From: Candidatus Babeliales bacterium
GTDB taxonomy: Bacteria > Babelota > Babeliae > Babelales > JANWKD01
Assembly (NCBI GenBank): GCA_963762115.1
Contig: CAVXJH010000003.1
Coordinates: forward strand, 288,001-352,000
Length of the DNA stretch: 64,000 nucleotides
Direction of reading: 5' to 3'
The notes under the pieces were generated by a model. The model worked only from the letters and a program-made list of their open reading frames with translations, was not told the DNA's origin and ran no database searches. The position numbers and the translations under genes are program-made. Positions 19,646 to 30,463 of the stretch are shown here, in pieces (position 1 is the stretch's first letter; each line of letters begins with the position of its first letter).

Positions 19646-20596
19646 TTACCGTGTGGATACAGACATTTCTGATACAACTTTTTTAAGTTCTTCAATATCA
19701 GAACGATTATTAACCGTGATAATTGGCTTATCAGGATACATATAACGAATTAACGGCGTTAATGTTTTTCCAGGACCGACTTCAACAATCAGATCCCAAT
19801 CGATGCAATGTTGTAAAACCTTTTTCCACAAAATCGGTGCATGCAATTGCTTCATGACACGTCGCTTGATAAGCTCACCTTTACTCACCACAGAACCATT
19901 GATACTTGCAATCAGAGGAACATTCGTATTTTTAAAATCAATTTTTTCAGAATATTGTTCTAAGATTGTCACAACCGGATCCATAAATGAGCTGTGCAAA
20001 CCAGCATCAACAGAAACTTCTTGCATAACACCATTTTTTTGATGCACCTTCTGCTCCAAAGCAGCAAACAACTCAGCAGAACCAGTCACCACATGTTCAT
20101 AATCATTATTATAAGCAGCAATTGAAATACTCAAATCACCCTTGCTTAATTCCGCACAAAAACGTTTAAGAAGCAAAGCGCTAATACCTTTTACCGTGAA
20201 TGCACGCACATTTAATTGTGGTAAAAGTTCTTTATAAAATAACGCATATTTTTGCAAAAAATAAAGACCATCGGGCAAGCTAATCCCATCAGCAGCACAT
20301 ATCGCACTCAATTCACCAATACCATAGCCTGCAACTGCTGCAATTGATATTCCTTCTTGCTTTACTAAAGCAGCAAAAGAAACACTTGTTAAAAAAAGCG
20401 CAACATATGCATTTTCAATTGATGATAATTCAGCATCAGATGAAGCAAAACAAAGTTTTACAAAATTAATCGAAAGGCAATTATACGCTTCTTCAAAATA
20501 TTCTTGCATGAGACGAGATTCATCATAGAGATCTTTTCCCATGCCCACAAACTGACTGCCATAATCAGGAAAGAGCAATCCAATCTTCATACGCAA
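19646..20596 (-). CDS. fabD: Malonyl-CoA:ACP transacylase-like protein with degenerate active site
   Basis: LFPDYGSQFVGMG, GLHS and EVGPGKTL are FabD-like; GHSxG is replaced by GYGIG. Confidence 0.8.
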   Translation of the reverse strand: MRMKIGLLFPDYGSQFVGMGKDLYDESRLMQEYFEEAYNCLSINFVKLCFASSDAELSSIENAYVALFLTSVSFAALVKQEGISIAAVAGYGIGELSAICAADGISLPDGLYFLQKYALFYKELLPQLNVRAFTVKGISALLLKRFCAELSKGDLSISIAAYNNDYEHVVTGSAELFAALEQKVHQKNGVMQEVSVDAGLHSSFMDPVVTILEQYSEKIDFKNTNVPLIASINGSVVSKGELIKRRVMKQLHAPILWKKVLQHCIDWDLIVEVGPGKTLTPLIRYMYPDKPIITVNNRSDIEELKKVVSEMSVSTR

Positions 20597-20603
20597 TATC
20601 CCT

Positions 20604-22034
20604 TTAAACGAGGAACACCTTACTGTGTGCAGAAAATTTTTGTAAACGCCGCAGTGTTTCTTCTTTACCTAAAAGTATCATCAATTCAACTATGCCAGGA
20701 CTTGCCGTTGTTGCGGTGAGCGCAAGACGAATTGGTTGTGCAAGCATTACCAGCTTTATAGCATATTGCGCACAAACATCCTTTAGCAATATTTTTAATG
20801 AATCGGTTGTAAATGCATCCAGATTTGAAATTCTTTCTTGTAGAATTGCAAGTTGTTCAATAGTGTTTGCAGTAACCCACTGAGCAACATCTTCTTTTTT
20901 TGGCACATCGTGAAGATCATGTAAAGATTGCAATACGTGCATTAATTCAACTAATGTTGTTGTTCTTTCTTTGAATAAACCTATACCCAAAAGAATCTGT
21001 TCATGCTGCCATCCATTCAATCGGGAAGGCCATGTTACATCAATATCATTCACTATGCATTCAAAAAGTTTTTCAGCTGTATACGCTCGCATATAAACAC
21101 TATTCACCCATTGTAATTTTTGATGATCAAAAATAGCTCCATGCTTCCCAATCGCTGCCATCGTGAAATAATCGATCAGCTCTTGGCGCGTAAAAATTTC
21201 TTGATCCCCATGCGCCCAACCCAACCGTACAAGATAATTACATAATGCATCGGGCAAAAATCCATTCTTTTTATATTCAAGCACTGAGGTTGCACCATCA
21301 CGTTTACTTAATTTTCCACCAGACGGTGATAGAATGAGTGGTAGATGAGCAAAGAGTGGCAGCTCAAATCCTAATGCTTTATACAACAAAATTTGACGCG
21401 GCGTATTAGGAATATGTTCTTCTCCACGAATGACATGAGTAATTTTCATTAATGCATCATCAACAACAACAACAAAATTATAAATTGGCGTTCCATCTGA
21501 ACGCGCAATGATAAAATCATCGATCTGATCAAGCGCAAAGGTAATTGGCCCGTGAATAAGATCATCAAACATAATTTCATTTTGTTCCCGGGGAACCTTT
21601 AAACGAATCACGTATGGTTGCTCAGGATCATTATTTTGTGGTGTCTTTAATCTGCATTGCGCATTGTATTTAAAATAATTTTCACCATCTGCCGCCGTTG
21701 ATTGCACCGGACAATAGCACCGATACGCTTTTCCTTCATGCACCAATTTCTTAATCATTTCTTTATGTTCTGCAATAAATTCTGATTGAATGTGCAACGT
21801 TTCATCGCTCACAATATCGGTCCATGCTAATGAATCAATAATTGAATGCACATATTCCGCTTTTGATCGAACAAGATCAGTATCTTCGATGCGAACAACA
21901 AAAACACCTTTATGGTGACGTGCAAACAAAAAATTAAACAATGCCGCACGCAATCCTCCAATATGCAAATGCCCCGTTGGAGACGGAGCAAAGCGCACAC
22001 GCACTAATGATTTTTTTTGATCGGAATGACTCAT
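20604..22034 (-). CDS. gltX: Glutamate--tRNA ligase
   Basis: RFAPSPTGHLHIGG, RIEDTD, KLSKR; start trimmed to ATG 22034. Confidence 0.95.
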   Translation of the reverse strand: MSHSDQKKSLVRVRFAPSPTGHLHIGGLRAALFNFLFARHHKGVFVVRIEDTDLVRSKAEYVHSIIDSLAWTDIVSDETLHIQSEFIAEHKEMIKKLVHEGKAYRCYCPVQSTAADGENYFKYNAQCRLKTPQNNDPEQPYVIRLKVPREQNEIMFDDLIHGPITFALDQIDDFIIARSDGTPIYNFVVVVDDALMKITHVIRGEEHIPNTPRQILLYKALGFELPLFAHLPLILSPSGGKLSKRDGATSVLEYKKNGFLPDALCNYLVRLGWAHGDQEIFTRQELIDYFTMAAIGKHGAIFDHQKLQWVNSVYMRAYTAEKLFECIVNDIDVTWPSRLNGWQHEQILLGIGLFKERTTTLVELMHVLQSLHDLHDVPKKEDVAQWVTANTIEQLAILQERISNLDAFTTDSLKILLKDVCAQYAIKLVMLAQPIRLALTATTASPGIVELMILLGKEETLRRLQKFSAHSKVFLV

Positions 22035-22066
22035 ATATTCCTTATGAACTAAGTAATGTTGAAAAA

Positions 22067-22738
22067 CTATGCTGTGTATTCTTTTAATTTTTCTTGCGCC
22101 AATACGGTCCAAGGCGATGAAGCAAGACCACCTTCAGGGAAAGCAACAATAAGCTGATTTAAAAGTTCTTGAGCACGATCCCCTGATCCTTGCATCGCAA
22201 AATAGTGTGCTAAATAATATAATGCTTGATCTCTATTTTTATTTTTTAAATTTATTGCCAATGCTTCTAGATCGCGCAATCCATTATTTTTTAATGACTC
22301 ATCATCACTATCAAGTTTCATGCGTGCAGCTTGAATTGCATAGGTAAAATATAATGGTGAGCTTTTTGATATCATGCCAACAACACGATCCAATGAGTTA
22401 ATCGCTTCATGTAACTTTCCTTGTCCAATCAATGATTGCACTTCAAGGGCAAGAAAATATGGCGCTAATGATGAACCACTATGTTGGCGATAACCTGTCA
22501 TCGCCGCTAAAGCAACGGTAGGCCACAAAGCAGGATTATGTTGAGCACCATTAAATTCTTGAATACAAGTGACAAAAGCAAGCTGAGCAGCCTCTTCTTG
22601 ATGATTACGATACAGCCAATAACCAAATGTTGCTGCAGCACTTAATCCCATAATGCCAACAACAATAATTATTCCTTTTGTATAACGATTAATAAATGAT
22701 TGTAAGTAAGGCAAAGATATATAATTTGTCATGATCAA
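22067..22738 (-). CDS. Membrane-anchored TPR protein (YfgM-like)
   Basis: N-terminal TM followed by helical TPR-like repeats. Confidence 0.6.
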   Translation of the reverse strand: MIMTNYISLPYLQSFINRYTKGIIIVVGIMGLSAAATFGYWLYRNHQEEAAQLAFVTCIQEFNGAQHNPALWPTVALAAMTGYRQHSGSSLAPYFLALEVQSLIGQGKLHEAINSLDRVVGMISKSSPLYFTYAIQAARMKLDSDDESLKNNGLRDLEALAINLKNKNRDQALYYLAHYFAMQGSGDRAQELLNQLIVAFPEGGLASSPWTVLAQEKLKEYTA

Positions 22739-22797
22739 TGTTTCTCCTATTATTAAATTTTGAATTTATCAAAACTTACCATACTCTGATGAAACAC

Positions 22798-23868
22798 TCA
22801 AGACGAACTCATCTCAAATGATAAGTCAAGATCGCGAACAGCAGTAATGGTAATCGATTGTTTTACTAATTGCTCTGATAACAAGGCGTTAAATTTTTTT
22901 ATTGTTTGTTTTTGCACAACAGAATGAGCAAAAAGAATTGCATTTTCAATTGCTTTAGCATTTGAGCAACCATGAGCAACAATGAGAGGATGATTCAACC
23001 CAAGCAATAATGCCCCACCCTGCTCACGATAATCAATTTTCTCTTTGAGTGGTTTCATCAAATTTTTACTTAATAACCCTAATAATTTCCCATACCACGA
23101 GCAACCATATGCTTGTTTCATCCAATCAAAAAGTGCTTGAGCTGTGCCTTGAACCGATTTTAATAAGATATTACCCACAAAACCATCACACACCAGCACA
23201 TCAGCAGCACCATTAAAAATTTCTCGCGCTTCAAGATTACCGATAAAATTAAGCGACATACTATTTTCTAATAATTCATATGCTTGCTTGACAGCTTGCG
23301 AACCCTTATAAGGTTCTTCACCATTAGAAAGCAAAGCGACACGAGGTTCAGAACACGCTGTTGTTTGCTGCACAAAGAGAGTGCCCATAAGAGCAAATTG
23401 TCTGAGATATTCAGCTTTGCAATCAGTGTTTGCACCAACATCAATAACAAAAACCGGATCTTTTTTGGTAGGCAAAAAGGTGCCAAGAGCAGGTCTTGCC
23501 AGCCCCGGCACCCTTCCTAATACCATAATTCCAGCAACAAGCGCCGCCCCTGAATTACCAGCGGAAACAACTGCTTGTGCTTTTTGTTCTGCAACTGCTT
23601 GAATTGCAGAAAACAATGAAGAATCTTTTTTTCGTAACAAATCTTTGGTCGGCTCATCACCCATGCCAACCACCGTGCGGCAATCAACAATTTTTATAGG
23701 TAAAGCACGCCAATATTTATCACATTCACCTAATACCTGTTCAATGACTTCTTGATGCCCAAAAAGCGTAATGGAAACCTTACTTGAGGTGTTCATTACT
23801 GCATTATAAGCACCCTGAACGACAACTTTTGGTGCAAAATCGCCGCCCATAGCATCAACAGCTATCAT
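22798..23868 (-). CDS. plsX: Phosphate acyltransferase
   Basis: IAVDAMGGD, SAGNSGA, DVGAN, VCDGFVGN, AHG. Confidence 0.95.
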   Translation of the reverse strand: MIAVDAMGGDFAPKVVVQGAYNAVMNTSSKVSITLFGHQEVIEQVLGECDKYWRALPIKIVDCRTVVGMGDEPTKDLLRKKDSSLFSAIQAVAEQKAQAVVSAGNSGAALVAGIMVLGRVPGLARPALGTFLPTKKDPVFVIDVGANTDCKAEYLRQFALMGTLFVQQTTACSEPRVALLSNGEEPYKGSQAVKQAYELLENSMSLNFIGNLEAREIFNGAADVLVCDGFVGNILLKSVQGTAQALFDWMKQAYGCSWYGKLLGLLSKNLMKPLKEKIDYREQGGALLLGLNHPLIVAHGCSNAKAIENAILFAHSVVQKQTIKKFNALLSEQLVKQSITITAVRDLDLSFEMSSS

Positions 23869-23871
23869 TTT

Positions 23872-24138
23872 TTATTCTTCTGATTGAGTATCGATTGGCG
23901 CTTCTTTGCTGCTTTTTGCTGATTTTGCTTGTTGCGATTCAACGCGCTTGATCCCACGTTCGATCTTAGTTTCAAGAACTTTTGCTCCCTTATAAAAACC
24001 ACAGCTTTTGCACACTTGATGTGGCGCTATTGCAGTTTTACACTGAGCGCAAGCAGTAAAAGCTTGAACTTTGATACCTTTATTAGCAAATCTTTTATCT
24101 CTGCGGGCTTTCGACCGCTTCCGTTTTGGTACTGGCAT
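23872..24138 (-). CDS. rpmF: 50S ribosomal protein L32 with C-terminal extension
   Basis: MPVPKRKRSKARR, CxxC…HxVCxxCGFY. Confidence 0.95.
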   Translation of the reverse strand: MPVPKRKRSKARRDKRFANKGIKVQAFTACAQCKTAIAPHQVCKSCGFYKGAKVLETKIERGIKRVESQQAKSAKSSKEAPIDTQSEE

Positions 24139-24249
24139 ACGTAATTACTCCGATAACTATAAAATAAGGCGTTTAAGCCAACGAATTTTACTAGTTACTT
24201 TACCAGATTTACCAAAAAAGACAATTTTTACCTTTTTTTTAAAAAAGAA

Positions 24250-24284
24250 AGAGTAGCTTTTTTCATGCTAAAAAAAGCTACTCT
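24250..24284 (-). terminator. Intrinsic terminator
   Basis: AGAGTAGCTTTTTT…AAAAAAGCTACTCT inverted repeat just after the stop at 24293. Confidence 0.65.
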
Positions 24285-24292
24285 CTTATTAC

Positions 24293-25513
24293 TCAGTATA
24301 ATACATGAAACCCTGGTTTTTCCTCAACTGAATGCCCACGCAATAAAACACTTGAGAGTTGATGCAAGGATCCCTGCAGCTCTATTAAAGATTTTTTAAG
24401 CATCTCTTCTTGTTGAGCTTTCAATAATACAGCTCTTTCACGAGCTTCTTGCTCAGCCTGTCTTCGCGCTGCTTCTTCGGCTTCTTTGAGCTTAGCATCT
24501 TTTTTCGCAGCTTTTCTTTGCATTTCAGCTTCGCGCTTCTGCTTTCTCTCTAAGGCAATTTTTTCAGCTTCTTGTCTTGCAATTTCACGTTGTTTTTCTT
24601 CTGCTAACATCTCGGAAGGAGATAGGAACTGAGATTCTTCTGCTTTTTTTTCTGGCAATGGCTCACCGGGAGCAAATGACGGAAACTCTACTTCTTCAGC
24701 AGCAACCGCTACCTCTTCCGGAACAGGTGGCAATTCTAGCTCTTCTTTTATGCGCTTTTCAATTACCGATGCCCCGAGTTCACGAGATTCTGATTCTTCT
24801 TTGGGCAAACCTACAAAAAATTCTTTAATAGTTTCAAGAATACCACTAGGTTCTTCTTTTTTTGCAATCGGCGAAACTGGCTTTAGTGGTTGTAATTTTT
24901 CTTCTTCAAGCACAGCCTCTTTAGCAAAAGCCTTTTTAATCTCTTCTGGGCTCAAGGGCGCACCCAAGCTTTTAGGACGAGGCCTAAAGAGTTTTTTTCC
25001 TGTAACAACTGGCTCTTCACGAGTTAAAACTGCAAATGGTTGCTCTGGTTGTGGTTTGCCTCCAGCTTGAGCACCACCTGTTTTTCTAAGAGACGATCGT
25101 CCCTCAGCTCCTATCACTGGCAAATTTATAGGTTGCCCTGGACGTTGATATCTAGCGCTTTCAACAGTCGGCTCACTAAATGTTTTTATTACTTCTCTTC
25201 CTTCAACAGGTTTGGGAGTAACTGAAATAGAAGGAATTGTTTTTTTACGTCGAGGACGCTTAAACGATCTTAATCGTTTTCCTGCTCGTTTTTTTTGCTC
25301 GCGGATCAAATTACTTTGTTCTTCTGCTACTATTTCAGACAACTCACCTTGTTGCTCGAATACAGCCCCAATTTCTCTTAATCTATTTTCAATCTGTTCA
25401 TCACTCAACACTGAATAATCAGGAGCACCTAGCTCTTCCATACCCCACAAAGAACCCGTGCTCACATTTAAGCACAGCGTAAATAGAAAAATTTTATACA
25501 ATTGCTTCATCAC
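24293..25513 (-). CDS. Exported low-complexity/coiled-coil protein with basic NLS-like segment
   Basis: Signal peptide; KKRAGKRLRSFKRPRRKKT; E/K/P-rich; C-terminal Leu helix. Confidence 0.65.
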   Translation of the reverse strand: MMKQLYKIFLFTLCLNVSTGSLWGMEELGAPDYSVLSDEQIENRLREIGAVFEQQGELSEIVAEEQSNLIREQKKRAGKRLRSFKRPRRKKTIPSISVTPKPVEGREVIKTFSEPTVESARYQRPGQPINLPVIGAEGRSSLRKTGGAQAGGKPQPEQPFAVLTREEPVVTGKKLFRPRPKSLGAPLSPEEIKKAFAKEAVLEEEKLQPLKPVSPIAKKEEPSGILETIKEFFVGLPKEESESRELGASVIEKRIKEELELPPVPEEVAVAAEEVEFPSFAPGEPLPEKKAEESQFLSPSEMLAEEKQREIARQEAEKIALERKQKREAEMQRKAAKKDAKLKEAEEAARRQAEQEARERAVLLKAQQEEMLKKSLIELQGSLHQLSSVLLRGHSVEEKPGFHVLY

Positions 25514-25583
25514 ACTTCTCCTTTAAAACTCATCTCAGCCTTTGATAAAACTAAAAAAAACGTTATTCGCTTTATTCACAAAT

Positions 25584-26639
25584 TTATACATACCTCAATG
25601 TATTAGCCAAATACAATAAAGCTTGCTGCAATTCTTCTAACATTTTTTTAAGCTGCATTTCATATTGTTTTTCCATTTCTTTTCGTTTTTCTCTTGCAAT
25701 AGGTTTTATTAATTGTTTGGATTGAGGAATTGATTTTTCTGGAGAAAATATTAATTCTTTTTCAAGTGATTGCTCAATAGCCGGAGAAATATATTTTTCC
25801 TTGAGCAATTTTTCTGCTCGTTTTTTCTCTCTTTCCGGTCTTTGTGCCTCATACTCTTCAACCGATTCAGCCCATCTTAATCTTTTTCCTGGCTTTAATG
25901 GCTCTACAGGAGCAAGTGGTTTTTTTGAAATTAATGGAGGTTCCTCAGAAAATCTCTCTGCAGGCAAAATAGGCTTATCACTAGGAAATCTCTCATTACG
26001 ATAAATTTCATAAATATAGGCCGGCGTTCTTTCGTCTTTTACTAATTTTATCATTTCATTATCAACATTTGTTAATGCTTCATTAACTTTCTGATAATCT
26101 TCATAATCAGTTTTATCTGGACTCATATCATTTTTTTTATTTTGCAACTGATGATAGCGCGCTAACATTTGTCGTAATCTTTTTTCAATTATATCAGGTT
26201 GCCACGCGGCTTGATAATATAAATCCGCTCGACTGGCTCTAGCAAGAAGTTCATGTGCAGGTATTTCTGGAATAGAAATACCTGCGAGACCTGCATCCTT
26301 TGACAATTCACCAACAAATTTCTCAAATTTTTTAGATTGTTTTTTTTTCTTACGTAATTCTTCAACTAATTTTTCTGTTTCTTTAGCAATTGCATCTCGT
26401 TCTTCCCACACAACATAAAATTGTTTTTCATCTTCTTCAGTTTTAAACGAATCATTATTCGCCTTATAAGCATTCAATAACTCTAAATATTTATCTTTTA
26501 TAAGCTCATATTGTTCTTCTAATTCATTCAATCGTAGTAAAATTGCTTTTTCTGAATTATAGATACTTCCCCGCTCTTCCATACATAACAATACTGAAAA
26601 ACAACAGAAAGCGATCATCACTAAAAGTTTTTTCATCAT
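25584..26639 (-). CDS. Exported coiled-coil protein
   Basis: Signal peptide MMKKLLVMIAFCCFSVLLC after AAGGGG RBS; C-terminal Leu helix similar to the neighbour. Confidence 0.65.
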   Translation of the reverse strand: MMKKLLVMIAFCCFSVLLCMEERGSIYNSEKAILLRLNELEEQYELIKDKYLELLNAYKANNDSFKTEEDEKQFYVVWEERDAIAKETEKLVEELRKKKKQSKKFEKFVGELSKDAGLAGISIPEIPAHELLARASRADLYYQAAWQPDIIEKRLRQMLARYHQLQNKKNDMSPDKTDYEDYQKVNEALTNVDNEMIKLVKDERTPAYIYEIYRNERFPSDKPILPAERFSEEPPLISKKPLAPVEPLKPGKRLRWAESVEEYEAQRPEREKKRAEKLLKEKYISPAIEQSLEKELIFSPEKSIPQSKQLIKPIAREKRKEMEKQYEMQLKKMLEELQQALLYLANTLRYV

Positions 26640-26739
26640 GCCCCTTTTTACCATGAATAATTTCATTATTAGTAAAAAGAGTAAAAAAGCTTAATGACGA
26701 AAGTCAATATAAAGATGGCAAACACATAACAGCAAAAAG

Positions 26740-27861
26740 TTATTGTGTATGCCACATACCCATAAAATTTTGTATAATTTTTCCTTCAAGTTGCAAATCA
26801 AACAATGCAGTTTGCAACTCTAAGAGAGAACGATTTGTTTTTTGTTCTAATTCATCAATTGAGATAGGATATTTACATAAGGAAAGCAACGGGTCAGCTA
26901 CAACAGCAGTTTCTGTTTCCGTTGGTATTGTTGTTTGTATGAACGCCTCGCCCGTAGTGCACACGTCATTATTTTGAGTAATATGCCCACATTCCTGCAA
27001 AATGTCTTGTGCCGATGTTGCTGCATGAGCACCCTGCTTGAGCAAGGCATGGCAGCCAGAACTCATGGGATCATCAAACTGACCTGGAACAGCAAAAACT
27101 TCTCTTCCTTGCTCTAAGGCAAATGATGCCGTAATCAGTGAACCACTTTTTTGTGCCGCTTGCACAACAACACATGCTTTGCTGAGGCCTGAAATAATGC
27201 GATTACGTGCGGGAAAATGGCCTGGCAACGCTTCTATTCTCATTGAAAAAGATGAAAGCAAGGTGCCACCGCGCTCAAGTACAGCAGAAAACAATGCTTT
27301 ATTTTGACGCGGGTAAAGATGCATTAATCCTGAGCCAAGCACCACCGTTGTTTGACCACCAGCCTGCAAAGTAGCTTGATGCGCTAAAGTGTCAACACCT
27401 AATGCACCGCCACTGACAATATGCCAACCTTGCTCTACTAACGGCGGAATAAACGCATCGACAACCTTTTTACCATACGCTGTTGCTGCGCGTGCGCCAA
27501 CAAAAGCAATAGCAGGAACATTATTGTACGGCGCTTGTCCTTTATAATAGAGAACAGCGGGCGGCATATAAATAGCGCGCAAAAGTGATGGATAAGCATC
27601 ATCCAAAACCGTAAGAATCTGCACATTTTCTTTTTCAATCAATGCACATTCTTGCTCAAGCACCTTCTGATCTTCTAATCCAGCAACAAGATCGAGTGCC
27701 ATTTGTAATGACAAACCACACTGATTCACAAAATCTGATGCCGACCACGCATACAGATCAGACAAATGATCAGCGGGAACGATTTCTAAAATGCGACTGA
27801 TAACAGCAGAACCTGCACCCTTCACTAATGAAAGGTGCAGCATACTTGTGCGATTACTCAT
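26740..27861 (-). CDS. dprA: DNA-processing protein DprA
   Basis: YPSLLRAI, VGAR, VSGGALGVD, FPARNRIISG, SGSLITA, GREVFAVPG; start trimmed to ATG 27861. Confidence 0.95.
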   Translation of the reverse strand: MSNRTSMLHLSLVKGAGSAVISRILEIVPADHLSDLYAWSASDFVNQCGLSLQMALDLVAGLEDQKVLEQECALIEKENVQILTVLDDAYPSLLRAIYMPPAVLYYKGQAPYNNVPAIAFVGARAATAYGKKVVDAFIPPLVEQGWHIVSGGALGVDTLAHQATLQAGGQTTVVLGSGLMHLYPRQNKALFSAVLERGGTLLSSFSMRIEALPGHFPARNRIISGLSKACVVVQAAQKSGSLITASFALEQGREVFAVPGQFDDPMSSGCHALLKQGAHAATSAQDILQECGHITQNNDVCTTGEAFIQTTIPTETETAVVADPLLSLCKYPISIDELEQKTNRSLLELQTALFDLQLEGKIIQNFMGMWHTQ

Positions 27862-27862
27862 G

Positions 27863-30463
27863 TTAGATAAAATCAATGCTTTCGTCAGAATCAACGCTTA
27901 TGTCTTCTTGATTTTCATTTTCAAGAGCATCAAAATCTGCAATTTGATCATCATAAGAATCAAACTTTATTGGCTTGTCGTTCTTTGGACCTTTTTGCTC
28001 AATACTATTTTCACCTTCTTCTTGAACTTCTTCAAATGAAACAACGGAAGACAATGTTTGATCATCATTCAAACGAATTAGGCGAACACCTTTTGCTTGG
28101 CGACCCATTGTGCGAATTTCTGTTGGGGAAAGACGAATAATTTTACCCGCCGTATCAATGAGCAACACATTAGCGATATCACTGACAACAGCCAAACCGA
28201 TAACATTACCATTTCGTTCTGTTGTTGGAATCGTTCTTACGCCATAACCGCCTCGATGTGCAACTCTAAAGTCATCTGCTTTCACGCGCTTACCAAAGCC
28301 ACGTTCTGTTGCAAATAAAATATCATTGTCATCATGAATAACTTCCATGCCGACAACATAATCTTTCGCCTTCAAACGAATACCCATCACGCCAGATGCT
28401 TGTCTGCCCATCTGACGAACTTCTGTCTCCTTGAAGCGAATACCTTGTCCTTTTGCTGTTGCAATAACAATTGAATCATCGCCAGAACTAAGGGCACAGA
28501 AAATTAAATGATCATTTTCGCGTAAGTTAATTGCACGAATACCAGAGCTACGAATTTTGGCAAATGCCATTGCATCAGTACGCTTAATAATACCCGCTTT
28601 GGTTAACATCACTAATGATTTACCTTCTAAATCACGAGCAGGCAATAATTTCACGACTGACTCATCTTGTGTCAGTGGCAACAAATTAACAATAGCACGG
28701 CCTTTTGCAATTCTTGAACCTTCAGGCACTTCAAAAACATTCAAACTATATACACGACCTAAGTTAGTGAAGAACAACAGTTCATCATGGGTTTTGGCTA
28801 CAAAAATATCCTGAATTAAGTCACCAGATTCATCCAAGGCAGTCATGCCCATTTTGCCCCTACCGCCACGATGTTGAACGCCGTATGTTTCTAACGGAAC
28901 ACGCTTGATATAACCTTTGCGGGTTAACGTTACAACAACTTCTTCATCCGGAATAAGATCAGCTTCAGTGAGAATATCGATTGGTCCTTCAATTCTTGTG
29001 CGACGCTTATCAGCATATTCACTTTTAATAGCAACCAATTCTGCTTTTACTTCAGCGCGCAAAATAGATTTATCAGCAATAATTGATTTATAATATTGAA
29101 TGGTCTTTTTTAATTCTTCCATTTCAGCATAAATTTTTTCTTGTTCGAGTCCAGTCAAACGCTGCAGACGCATTTCCAAAATTGCTTTACCTTGCTCAGG
29201 TGTTAATAAAAAGCGTTTGTTCAATTGAACAATTGCTTCATCGGCAGATCGTGATTGTTTAATTAAAGCAATGACTTCATCGATGCTGCTTAAAGCAATA
29301 ATGAAACCCGCAAGAAGATGCTCACGCATTTCTGCTTTTTTCAAATCATACACAGTACGTTTATAAATAATTTCATGACGATGCACGAGAAACTCATGCA
29401 ACAATTGACGCAAGTTAAATACTGAAGGCTTATTATCAAGCAATGCAAGCATTAAAATCGAAACGGTCGTTTGCAATGAAGTATACTTATACAGTTGATT
29501 CAAAATTACTGTCGGAATTTCGCCTTTCTTCAACTCAATAACTAAGCGCATTCCCTTTTTATCAGATTCATCACGAATATTTGAAACGCCTTCAATAATC
29601 TTATTCTTAACTAAGTCAGCAATTTTGATCGTTAATTCTGCTTTATTTGCTTGGAATGGCAATTCAGTAATAACAATTGCCGTACCTTTTTTGGTTTCTT
29701 CTGTTTCAACAACACCGCGCAAGATTAAGTTTCCACGACCTGTTTTATACGCACGAATAATACCGGCTCTACCACAAATAATACCGCCTGTTGGAAAATC
29801 TGGTGCGGGCACTAAGGTAAATAATGTTTCATCATCAAGAGATTCATTATCTAGATAGGCCAAACAAGCATCTATAATTTCACCTAAATTATGAGGTGGA
29901 ATAGAAGTTGCCATACCAACAGCAATACCAGCAGTACCATTAATTAATAAGTTAGGTAATCTGCTTGGTAAAATAACCGGTTCCACCGTTGAATCATCAA
30001 AGTTAGGAACAAAATCAACCGTTTCTTTATCTAAATCAGTCAGAATTTCAGCAGCAATTTTTGCCATACGAACTTCTGTATAACGCATTGCTGCAGCATT
30101 ATCACCATCAACTGAACCCCAGTTACCTTGGCCGTCGAGCAACGGATACCGTTTGGAGAAAAGTTGCACCAAACCAACCATACTGTTATACACAGCTTGA
30201 TCGCCGTGTGGGTGATATTTACCAAGAACTTCACCAACAACACGCACTGATTTGTGATAAGGCTTATTATGATAAAAACCAAGCTGTGCCATCGTATAAA
30301 GAACACGTCGATGCACTGGTTTTAGACCATCACGCACATCAGGAATTGCACGACTAACAATAACTGACATTGCATAATCAAGAAACGAAGTCTTTAATTC
30401 ATCTTCTATCAGGATCGGCTTAATGCCAAATTTTGCTATTTTTTCTTGATTATCAATTGCCAT
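27863..30463 (-). CDS. gyrA: DNA gyrase subunit A
   Basis: RAIPDVRDGLKPVHRR, YHPHGD, AAMRYTE, GyrA-box QHRGGRG. Confidence 0.98.
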   Translation of the reverse strand: MAIDNQEKIAKFGIKPILIEDELKTSFLDYAMSVIVSRAIPDVRDGLKPVHRRVLYTMAQLGFYHNKPYHKSVRVVGEVLGKYHPHGDQAVYNSMVGLVQLFSKRYPLLDGQGNWGSVDGDNAAAMRYTEVRMAKIAAEILTDLDKETVDFVPNFDDSTVEPVILPSRLPNLLINGTAGIAVGMATSIPPHNLGEIIDACLAYLDNESLDDETLFTLVPAPDFPTGGIICGRAGIIRAYKTGRGNLILRGVVETEETKKGTAIVITELPFQANKAELTIKIADLVKNKIIEGVSNIRDESDKKGMRLVIELKKGEIPTVILNQLYKYTSLQTTVSILMLALLDNKPSVFNLRQLLHEFLVHRHEIIYKRTVYDLKKAEMREHLLAGFIIALSSIDEVIALIKQSRSADEAIVQLNKRFLLTPEQGKAILEMRLQRLTGLEQEKIYAEMEELKKTIQYYKSIIADKSILRAEVKAELVAIKSEYADKRRTRIEGPIDILTEADLIPDEEVVVTLTRKGYIKRVPLETYGVQHRGGRGKMGMTALDESGDLIQDIFVAKTHDELLFFTNLGRVYSLNVFEVPEGSRIAKGRAIVNLLPLTQDESVVKLLPARDLEGKSLVMLTKAGIIKRTDAMAFAKIRSSGIRAINLRENDHLIFCALSSGDDSIVIATAKGQGIRFKETEVRQMGRQASGVMGIRLKAKDYVVGMEVIHDDNDILFATERGFGKRVKADDFRVAHRGGYGVRTIPTTERNGNVIGLAVVSDIANVLLIDTAGKIIRLSPTEIRTMGRQAKGVRLIRLNDDQTLSSVVSFEEVQEEGENSIEQKGPKNDKPIKFDSYDDQIADFDALENENQEDISVDSDESIDFI

